The notes under the pieces are model-generated. The model was not told where the DNA came from, did no database searches, and saw nothing but the letters and a program-made list of their open reading frames with translations. Below, one piece after another: positions 14,195 to 23,612 of a stretch of 64,000 nt of DNA (position 1 is its first letter; the number at the start of each line of letters is the position of its first letter). Origin of the DNA: Felis catus (Eukaryota); NCBI RefSeq assembly GCF_018350175.1, contig NC_058368.1:211918001-211982000 (forward strand), in the 5' to 3' direction. Both the position numbers and the translations under genes were made by a program.

Positions 14195-14407
14195 GGTTTT
14201 ATTGAGGTATAATTGGTATAAAAAAAAATCCTGCACATAATTAATGTGTACAGTTTGGTGAGTTTGGAGATATGTATATACTCATGTTACCATTACCACA
14301 ATCCAGGTCATAAACATATCTGTCACCTCCAAAAGTCTCCTTGTGCCCATTTTTCTTTCTTCATTTTCCTTTTCTTTCCTTCTTTCTTTCTTCCCTTCTC
14401 TTTCTTT

Positions 14408-14459
<52 letters not shown>

Positions 14460-15246
14460 GTGGTAAGAACATTTGACATGAGACTTATCCTCTTCAATTT
14501 TTAACTATATGACACCTTACTGTTAACTACAGGCACTATGTGCACATCAGATCTCTGGAACTTACTCCTCTTGTATCACTGTAACTTTACACCCATTGAA
14601 TAGTTGCCCGTATCTTTCTCCCCCATCCTCTGATAACCACCACTCCATGGTCCACTTCTACCCCCTGGACTATTCTAGATGCCTCTTAGAAGAGGAACCG
14701 TGCAGATTTGTTCTTGTGTGACTGAATTGTTTCACTGAACATAATGTCTTCCAGCCCCATCCATGTTGTCATAAATAGGAGAATTTCCTTCTTTTTTAAG
14801 GTTGAATAATGTTCCCTGGCATGTGTATACCACATTTTCTTTATCCATTCATCTATTGATGAACATTGGATTATTTCCATGTTTTGGCTTTTGTGACTAA
14901 TGTTGCAATGAACATGGGAGTGCAGGTATCTCTTTGAGATCCTAATTTCAATTCTCTTGAATGTATACCCAGAAGTGGGATTGCTGAATGATATGGTAGT
15001 TCTAGTCTTAATTTTTTTAAGGAAACTCCATATTGTTTTCCAAAGCAGCTGCACTATTTTAAATTCCTCCTAACAGTGTATAAGGGTTCCAAATTCTCCA
15101 CATCCTCCCCAACAATTGTTAGCTTTTAATTTTTTAAATAATAGCTTCCTAACAGGTATGAAGTGATATCTCATTGTCATTTCGATTTGCGTTTCCTGAT
15201 GACTAGTGATGTTGAATATCTTTTCATTTACCTGTTGGCCATTTGT
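14195..15246 (-). mobile_element. L1 (L1MA-like) 3' portion with ORF2 C-terminus and (TTTC)n at ~14400-14458
   Basis: ORF 14686-15054(-) contains DEWIKKMWY..EHYSTLKKKEILLFMTTWMGLEDIMFSE, the L1 ORF2 C-terminal motif. Confidence 0.92.
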
Positions 15247-15313
15247 ATTCGTCCTTTCTGAGACTGAATTAAATGTAGATTGTTATTAATCTAGTTAATG
15301 GATTATTACTAAA

Positions 15314-15338
15314 ATTTTTTTAATGCTTATTTATTTTT

Positions 15339-15372
<34 letters not shown>

Positions 15373-15556
15373 GACAGAGACAGACAGAGCGTCAGTGGGG
15401 GAGGGGCAGAGAGAGGGGGAGACACAGAATCTGAAGCAGGTTCCAGGCTCCAAGCTGTTAGCACAGAGCCTGATGCGGAGCTCTAATCCAACTAACCAAG
15501 AGATCATGACCTGAGTCAAAGTCAGGTGCTCAACCGACTGAGCCACCCAGGCGCCC
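15314..15556 (-). mobile_element. Can-SINE
   Basis: Canonical body; degenerate TSD taat-gattatta. Confidence 0.95.
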
Positions 15557-15979
15557 TTAGATAATAGATTATTATATATAACAATATAGGTTATTATTCA
15601 ATGTTAAATAGGACAGAAATTTTTAGTGTAGACTTCAAAAATTTCGGTGTCTGTGTGGAGAACAGAAGTTGGGAATGTAAACTAGAATTCCCAGACCAGA
15701 GCTGTACCCTGGTGGCATAGTAGGACTAAGCTCTGAGCGCGGAGCCAGAAGATCTGCATTCTAAGCCCTCCTGTGACTCTAGCTTGCTTCAGGGAGTTTG
15801 TGTTGACACTTAAGCACAATAAATGACTCCTTGACTGCTCCCCATAGGTCCTCTGTGCATTTTGTTCATGTCCACCTTGGTAATATTCCACAGCAAGTGC
15901 TTACGTGGAGAAGTGCAAATAACCAGCATCTGATTGCTACCATTAATAAGCATCTGCAATATAAGAGTGCTGTCATTGT

Positions 15980-16760
15980 GCCTCACTGCTGGTATTAGAT
16001 GATAGAGAGTTTGTTGCTATTGGGTGTTGCTATTCCAGGCCCTAAATCAAAAACACAAATTACATCTATAGTTATTAGTCTATCTGCATAGAAAATTACA
16101 AATTTACGCCAACACATTCAATTCCAGTCCAACACCATGGATTCATTCTGGTTTTCTGTCTTTTCAAGTTTGTAAAAATATCTTCTCTGACAATGACAAA
16201 ACTGGTTCCCATTATTCTTAGCATATTTTCTCATCTGATCACTCCCCTTGTTTGTAACCAATGCCCCATTGCTATCGTTGCTACAACCATCTTTCTTGTC
16301 TGGATGCCCTTCTCACGTCAGTTGGGCTTCTGTGTTCTGTGCTGGTTTCCCCCAGTTGCCTCATGTGGCTGCTGTCCTTATCCTGCTTAGATTCTGCCCC
16401 TCATGCCAGGCCATGGGGCTTTGATTCTCTAGCGAGGCTGGTGCCCTGTGGGGTTGTCAGAGCCCAGAAACTAGCACTGAAGAACCCAGCACTGCATCAC
16501 TTGCCCTTTTTGCCTTTGCCTTGTTTTCATTCTGGGCTCTGGTATCCTGCATCACACATTCCCCCTATGCAGATATCCCTTTCCTCTACTCAGGCACTGA
16601 TGCTCTGCTCTGTTCCACCTAAATGCTCCCTGAACCCCGGCATCACTACTCCAATCTCATACAGATGCCTACTGCACTCTGACCTACTTAAGGGCTTTCG
16701 AACTGAATTGTTCAAGATGGGAAGAATAGGGAGAGGGAAGGTCATTTTGCTTATAATTTG
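15980..16760 (-). mobile_element. Old L1 (L1MC-like) 3'UTR fragment
   Basis: caattccagtccaacaccatggattcattctgg and tctctgacaatgacaaaactggttccc motifs. Confidence 0.55.
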
Positions 16761-17858
16761 ACCATGTTTGTCTGCATGATCACCCAGTGCCCTTCCAATT
16801 CAGATATTCTGTGATTCCATGTTGCGTTGGTGACAGACCCTCAGCTCTACCTTGGTAATTGTTCTGTGCCCACCAAGTTTGGCTCTGCCTTTGGTAGCTG
16901 TCCTTGCCTCTGTTTCCTGCCTTTGTGTTCACACCTGCTACCCTAGTTCTTGATATAATGCCCACTTTACTGGTTTCCTGGAGTCTTCTGTCCTTGGATG
17001 TGTTATCTGCAGGGCCTCTGCACTAACTGTTAGCTGGGCTTTGCTCCAGAGACTGCCCCAGTGGTTGGCACCATGCCTGCTTCCTATTTCCCTGTGTTTT
17101 TCCAGCAGCCCATGGAGTTTTATCAATAGTTCTTTATGGAACATTGGGATATTATGTAAACTTTATGCTAGTTTCGGTGTGAAAAGGTCTGTTTAAGAGT
17201 TGCAGTGTGGACAACTCCTGTTTTAAATTCTTTTGCTCTAAAAAGCTTTTATGAGACTGTGACTTATACTTTTGTTAAGCCTCCCTTTGTATAGGTGCGA
17301 CTCTGTAAGTTTACTTACAGTGAAGTCATCCCCAAAGCACATGCTATTTTACCATTGAGTCAGCTGTATAATTTGAAATGTATCTCTAAGTAAAGCATCT
17401 TTTAAATTCATGTGAGCATTGGAAAGACAGAATGGGAATCAGTAAAAGGAACACAGACATGATTGACAAGCACCAGGAGAACACATTTCACTTCTGCACA
17501 TAGGATTACCAAATATTTTTTTCTCTCTTGTTAAGTCACAGGTGAACATTTCCAATTACCTCTTGGACTTCTATACGTAGATATCCCAACAAAGTAAAAT
17601 CATAATCATTGTGTTCTGGGGATTGAGAAGGCATTGATGAGGCATAGTTAAGCAGAGTCTTATCTGATGCATGGGTGGTGTTAACACCGTTTATTCAGGT
17701 ATACAGGTGTTCAAGATCATGGAGTCAGAAAGGGGAGGGTAGAAGAGAAACATGAAGATGTGTCAGGGTCTGCAATGTCACAGCAAGCACAAAGAACAGT
17801 GGTGTGGGGTGGGCAGAAACCAGTGTACTATGCCGAAAAGTACGGAGATAGAAAAAAG

Positions 17859-18022
17859 TTCCAAATGTAGTCAATTCTTTTTGAAGAAAAGCAAAATTAC
17901 ATGTCAGTGAATAAGTAAAAACATTATAGTACATAAGTATAAGCTGACTTTTCTTTTTGGAAGTTGGGGGAGAGACGAGAAGAGCCATGGGGAAGCAGAG
18001 GTTCACCCTACAGAGAAAGGAT
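17859..18022 (-). repeat. Inverted repeat, left arm (164 bp)
   Basis: Its reverse complement aligns to 18797-18961 with 12 substitutions and 1 gap (~92%, manual alignment). Confidence 0.95.
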
Positions 18023-18372
18023 AGTTGTTCAAACAAGGGTCAGGAGGAAGTAAGTAAGAGTGTCCCAGTCCCAGGGCACAGTGAGAAGACTTTGCCTTGC
18101 ATAGGATTTTTTTTAAGGTGTGACTTTGATAAATATTTTTCAAGGGTGTCTGTACTTTTGTACATTTTTTCTTGGAGAGAAAGCAAGGCCGTGGAGTTCA
18201 GTGTGAGCCCCGGGCTGTCTGGTGCAGATGCGGAGTACTGGATGTGGATCAGGGGTCTTGGTGTGTATCTGGGGCCTCGGGCATGAACCCCAGAGTGCAC
18301 TCTGTGAGTCTGGGGGTGTTTGGCATGGATCCCACAGCTTCTGGCCTGGTTCTGGGACTTCTAGTGTGGCTC

Positions 18373-18735
18373 TGAGACAGGAGACAGACTGACCTTGGGC
18401 AGGCAGGGATAAGAGGCCCCTTGTGAACAAGGGAGCAGAAAGTACTGGACCTTCTTCAACACCCACTCCCTGGAACAACCTACCCGGACCATATCGTGGT
18501 TCAGCAGCTGCACAGTTACTCCCCCTCAAAAGGTCCCACCACTGTAAGGGCTAGAGGCTTCCTTCTCAGACGCCTTAGGGGGCTCCTCCTTAAGGCGCCC
18601 CTCCCAGTAGCGGCAGTCTTTTTCTTTTCATTCTCTCCCTAATAAACTTGGTGCCTGTGCTGCCCTTAACCTTGTTCTGGGGTTCCATTCTTCGGCTCCG
18701 TCAGAACACGATCCCAGTTTTAAAAAGAGGTTACA
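18373..18735 (+). mobile_element. Solo ERV LTR (ERV1-like, 363 bp)
   Basis: TG(AGACAGG)...(GGTTA)CA termini, perfect 4-bp TSD GCTC (18369-18372 and 18736-18739), AATAAA at 18641. Removing it restores the repeat array. Confidence 0.88.
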
Positions 18736-18796
18736 GCTCCAGGGCATCGGGCGTGGATGCCAGGCATCTGATGTGACTCAGGGTCGTCCCCTGTGG

Positions 18797-18961
18797 ATCC
18801 TTTCTCTGTAGGGTTAACCTCTGGTTCCCCATGGCTCTTCCCATCTCTCCCCCAACTTCCAAAAAGAAAAAGTCAGCTCATACTTATTTATTATAGTGTT
18901 TTTACTTATTCATTGACCTGTAATTTTTCTTTTCTTCAAAAAGAATTGACTACATTCGGAA
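18797..18961 (+). repeat. Inverted repeat, right arm (165 bp)
   Basis: Inverted copy of 17859-18022. Both arms show up in the ORF track as ...VFTYSLTCNFxFLQKELTTFG on opposite strands. Confidence 0.95.
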
Positions 18962-19800
18962 TTGACTCTACACGGACACCGGGGGCATCTGGTATGTTCC
19001 GGGCCTTGCAGCGTGGTTCCAGGGTGGTTCTAGGATGTTCGGTGTGGCTGAGAGGCGTCTGGTGTGGTTCCGGGATGTGTGGTGTGTGGCGTGGATGGGG
19101 GCATCCGGTGTGGAACCGGGGCATCCTGGCGTTCGGCGCGGTTTCGGGGTGTTTGGCATGGGCTCCGGCTACCGCAAGTCCCTGATGACAGGCTGCTCTG
19201 TGGTGTTGGAGGCCCATCCTTGAAGCCGAGCCAGACGTAGCTGCTGCCCACAGGAGTGTCAGTGCAACTGCTCGGCCGCGTCCGTCCCAAGGTCTGCGTC
19301 CTCTGTGCTTGCGACCGCTGCTTTGCTGACACCACGAGATGGAAGCAATCCCTCTCGGGCTGCTCCTCTGGGCCGCTCTCTTCAGGAGGCGCTCTAGCCA
19401 CTGCTGGTGGCCTCGCCAGGCGCCAAGCCGGTGGCTGGGCCCCTTGCTACCCAGCGCTCCCCAGCGGATCCTCGACCCCCCGGGGGAAAAACACGTGTCC
19501 AGCTGGGGGTCGTCCCCAGCCCTGGCCAAGGCCTCTCCCCACCATGTCTCCTCCACTTGGATCTCCAGGGCGGTGAGCTGCTTGGGCTGGTAGGTGAGGG
19601 GCTGGCGGGTGGGCAGCTTAGGAAAGTGTTACACCTCCTCCGCGTTCAGCTCCAGCCCCATAGATACACTGCCGGTGGGGGCGAGCGCGCTCCTGGCTGT
19701 GGGTTGGGCCGCAGGCCAGCATGGTGCCCACGAGGCTGGTTGGTTGGCTGGCTGGCAGGTGTTCCTCATAGGCTTTATACAGCCGAGTGATCACGGGGTG
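18960..19800. promoter_or_regulatory. CpG-island-like segment
   Basis: Manual count gives about 47 CpG in 19021-19800 with high GC, whereas the rest of the window is CpG-depleted. Confidence 0.65.
19774..19779 (-). promoter_or_regulatory. Candidate TATA box of the decayed gene
   Basis: ctgTATAAAgcc on the minus strand, 52 nt upstream of a Kozak-context ATG, at the edge of the CpG-rich segment. Confidence 0.4.
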
Positions 19801-20394
19801 AAGCTTGGGCTCCAGGATGTCCAGGAGCAGGCAGAGGGTTTTTGGAATATGGGCTTGGGACTGGATCCCTTTTGCTGATACAAGGAGGATGGAAGTGAAG
19901 GTGGCTGGAGATGCAGAGAAGCGCGAGGTTGGGGCATAGGAAGTGAAGGCAGCTCTAGCGGTGTTTGGAGCCTCTGAACCCTGGACAAAACCGGTAAGGG
20001 CTGTGGCTATCATCCCCTGGCTGAGTACTCTGGAGTTCAGGGTGAAAATCCAGTGCTGGTGGATGAGCCAAGAGACTGTGCTGAAGGTCAGCCACAAAGA
20101 CCGGGTGCACAGGACAGGACTGGGTATGGAGGAAGCTCAGCTTAGCGGACGTGGAAGGTTCTAGCCTTGTGAACCTCTGCATTAGACCTTGGGCTTTGGT
20201 AGCTGGGAGCCTGAGGCTGATACACTGGCTAGATCAGAAACTGAACAGAGGCTGAGTCTGCAAGCTGAAGATCATTCCTACCCCTGCTGGTTGCCTTGAG
20301 GGTCCAGGGTCTCAAGTGACGGAGGACTAGGGCTGTTAAGCCTGCTGCACTCTTGGGGCCTTGGGAAGGGAGCTGGTACTGGTACTGCCACCAC

Positions 20395-20620
20395 GGTTAT
20401 TATTAAATCGAACTTTCACTTGTGAGTGCCAGACCCTGTAATAGGTGCTTTACTTTTTAATTCCATGGTACTGTTATGACCTGCACTCTTCAGAAGAAGA
20501 AACAGAGGCACAGGGAAGTTAAGTAAGTTGCTCAAGTTTCTGCATCTGGTAAGCAACTGAACTATGATGAAACCCAGGCTGTTATGTTGGGTTCCTGGTC
20601 CTGAGCTCTTAAAGTGCCAT
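20395..20620 (-). mobile_element. MIR
   Basis: gaagaaacagaggcacagggaagttaagtaagttgctcaag. Confidence 0.8.
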
Positions 20621-21392
20621 ATTAACCATGGTCATTTGAAGGGTGGGATGAAGAAACTGAGGCAAGGAAGGGAGTAAGAAGTCTGCCTAATTCACAGCTA
20701 GTGAGGGGGAGAGGATTTGAAGGCAAGACAGTGGGGCCCTGGAGCCCAAGCACTATTGTTTTTACTTAAGCTCTTAGAAAGAAGGAGATGAAGAAATGAC
20801 AGGAATAAAATAGGCCATGCTAATCTTTTGAGTGCTTGATCTGGATCGTGTTGCTTTTGTAAAGCCTTAGAGAAAAAACAAGTAAGCAAACATCCTTCTA
20901 GGGCATTTATTCCTTCATTGGGGTTTGGCATCTTTCTACAAGTGGAGCCCACTTAGGCCTTGTCAAGGGATGTCAGTGAATGGGGAATTAGGGGTTTGCT
21001 TAGAAAAATTCATCTTTTCATCAAAGTACATTTAGGAAATAGCTTTGAACTCTTTAACTCCAAAGCTATCTCCATTTTGCAGTGTCTTTTACCCCTTAGC
21101 TAGTAATGAAAACACAGGAGAATTTTCTTCTTTCTATTTTGTGAAACTACCAAGCTAAATACTATAGGTTACTTATAGTGAACCATAAATGATAGGATGG
21201 ACAAAAGCAGGGAAGCAGGGCTAAGTTATTATGTTTTCATTGCTTGTGTTTCAGTAAAGAACTCCATATAACCTTTTAGAGTGAGCAAGATGATAGAGAT
21301 AGGGAGCACAGAAGGAGTTTTGCAGTGGCCAGATAGATGGTCAAAGAAGTAAAAAGATAAGAAGCTTGACCTTAGTGGGAACCAAGCAAGGA

Positions 21393-21411
21393 CCCCCCCC
21401 CCCCCCCCCCC
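21393..21411. repeat. Poly-C tract (19 nt)
   Basis: Direct reading. Confidence 0.95.
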
Positions 21412-21960
21412 TTATTCAGCCTCCTTCCCTTGGCATGGACTACAGACCTCCATTCTCTTGTTCTCTCCCAGGGTTGGAGCGTGGAGGGGGCTGACCACAC
21501 ATCAGGCTGGGAAAGGAAGTGACTTGGGATCCTCTAAAGAAAGGAAAGCACCTTGCCTCAGTGTGACTGAATTATGTGTAGACTTGGGAAGAGCACATAT
21601 CAATTAGTGTAATTGTAGAATGTCTAAGTAGCATGCAGCAAAATTGTGACGTAATTTGTGGTTAGTCCATGAACCCTTCCATATGGATTAGCCTATAAAA
21701 GACACTTCAAATTTGGGATAAAAGATCTTGGCTAATAAATAGCTCACACTTATATTCCCAGGCTCTGTTCTGACTTAATCTTTACTAGAACCCTACAAGA
21801 TAGGTATCATCTCTTCCCATTCATAGGCAAGGAAACTGAGGCACACAAAGTTAAGTGACTTTCTAAAGGGCCAAATGGAGAAGAAATCGAAGAAGCTTAC
21901 TTCTTGTTCTGTGGTCTTAATTTCAGCATTGTTCTGCCCTTTAAAAAAATCACAGAAGAG

Positions 21961-22194
21961 GATCTGACCTTGGTGGGTCAGTCGGTTAAGTGTCCGATTT
22001 CGGCTTGGGTTGTGATCTTGCAGTTCGTGAGTTGGAGCCTCACATTGGACTCTGTGCTGACAGCTTCAGAGCCTGAAGCCTGCTTCAGATTCTGTGTCTC
22101 CTTCTCTCTCTGCCCCTCCCCAACTTGTGCTCTGTCTCTCTCTATCAAAAATAAGTAGATGTAAAAAAAATTAAAAAATAAATAAAAAATAAAT
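21961..22194 (+). mobile_element. Can-SINE, first of a tandem pair
   Basis: SINE body and A tail; flanked by tcacagaagag / tcacagaacag. Confidence 0.93.
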
Positions 22195-22210
22195 AAATCA
22201 CAGAACAGTT

Positions 22211-22432
22211 GGGGTGCCTGGGTGGCTCAGTCCTTTCTGCACCCGACTTCAGCTCAGGTCATGATGTCACAGTTCATGAGTTCGAGCCCCACGTCGGGCT
22301 CTGTGCTGACAGCTCAGAGCCTGGAGCCTGCTTAGGATTCTGTGCCCCCCTCTCTGCCCCTCCCCCACATGTAATCTGTCTCTCTCTCTCTCTCTGAAAA
22401 ATAAATTAAATATTAAAAAATTAAAAAAAAAA
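22211..22432 (+). mobile_element. Can-SINE, second of a tandem pair
   Basis: GGGGTGCCTGGGTGGCTCAG head; followed by tcacagaagagtt. Confidence 0.95.
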
Positions 22433-23399
22433 GTCACAGAAGAGTTGAGTTTGAAAAGGCCTGTTTTAGGAGCTTCACGAGAGACCTGCCATCCAGGGAG
22501 GTTGTACTCAGAGTTGAAAGAGCCCTTCAGATTAATTTAGAGTTGGGACATTCTGAGACCAGTTGTTTTTCAGTCAGAAGAGGAACTTACTGTAACTATC
22601 AGTTCCAAGTGCTTTAGTTAATTGTCTAGCTTAGGGACACATTTTCTCTTAGGAAATGACTAACCTTATTCTGTGGTGAGCTCTTGCTGCCTTCTCCTTC
22701 CTACACTCTGGCTTTTCATCCCCTCCCCCATCCTTTTCTCTCTCCATCTTTCCCATGCTCTTTCTTTCTGTGTCTTGCCTCACCCCTCCTACTCCTGTCT
22801 CTCCAATACTTTTATGTCCTATAATTCTCTTGGTCTGCATTTAGCTTCCCTTTTCTTTTCTCGCCTTCTCCTCTAATAGTATCATTTTCTTTCTTCTTTT
22901 TTTAAATACCATCATTTTCAATTTTTAAGCTTTTCTTTTATGTACTTTGACTCCAATGAGTTTGGCTGTTGGGGATCTAAGAAACTGTAATTGACATGGT
23001 TCTTCTTCTTCTTTTTTTTTTTTTTTGACATGGTTCTTTTGATGGAACATCCTTAGTTCTTTAAACTTTGAAAGATGACCCTGTTGCTTTATATTTTCTA
23101 AATTTGTATAGTCTTGCTCATCCTGGAAGTCTAGACACCCATGTGAGTCCACATGAGGCATTGGGGGAATTTCTATGGAAGTTTTTCTGTGGTAATGTTA
23201 TAGAGATTAACTAAAATGCAGTGTGTTTCCTGACGATGGTTCTTACTTTAAAAAAATGGGAGGGACATTAAGCTTAACCACAAATACTGATCTAATTTTA
23301 CTGTGACGTTTTAATATTCATAGTAAATTATAGTTTGCATATTGTACTCTGTCTTGTATACAACTTTTAAATTTCTTAAAAGTAAGTTTTCTTTTGAAA

Positions 23400-23612
23400 A
23401 ATTTTTTTAAATGTTTATTTATTTTTGAGAGAGAGACAGAGCATGAGCCCGGGAGGGGCAGAGAGAGAGGGAGACACAGCATCCAAAGAAAGCAGGCTTC
23501 AGGCTCTGAGCTGTCAGCACAGAACCTGATGTGGGGCTCAAAATCACGAGCTGTGAGATCATGACCTGAGCCGAAATCAGATGCCCAACTGACTGAGCCA
23601 CCCAGGTGCTCC
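23400..23612 (-). mobile_element. Can-SINE with a long TSD
   Basis: TAAATTTCTT(A/G)AAAGTAAGTTTTC at 23368-23391 and 23613-23636. Confidence 0.95.

Larger units (their letters stand above)
18190..19170 (-). repeat. Degenerate ~21-bp tandem array (+ strand unit ~GGGCATCTGGTGTGGNTCCNG), split into three blocks
   Basis: Blocks at ~18190-18372, 18736-18800 and 18970-19170. Minus-strand translations give GSTPDAP, GSMPNTP, GTTPDAS, ASAPDSP, GFMPEAP. Confidence 0.75.
17690..19780 (-). pseudogene. Decayed intronless gene, candidate divergent homeobox pseudogene with heptapeptide repeats
   Basis: Minus strand order: TATAAA 19779-19774; gggcaccATG at 19722; homeodomain-like segment 19613-19455; 21-nt repeat array ~19170-18190; C-terminal LLSLQEKMYKSTDTLEKYL frame ending at TGA 18042-18040; AATAAA 17695-17690. 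There is an in-frame TAA at 19631-19629 plus frameshifts. Confidence 0.5.

Noticed and set aside
14686..15054. 122-aa ORF (also 29145-29657)
   Set aside because: Both are L1 ORF2 C-terminal remnants, not host genes.
18936..19556. 206-aa ORF, the longest in the track, as an intact gene
   Set aside because: It starts at a GTG inside the homeodomain-like segment downstream of an in-frame stop, drifts out of the repeat frame, and ends in the inverted duplication. It is better explained as a pseudogene fragment in GC-rich DNA.
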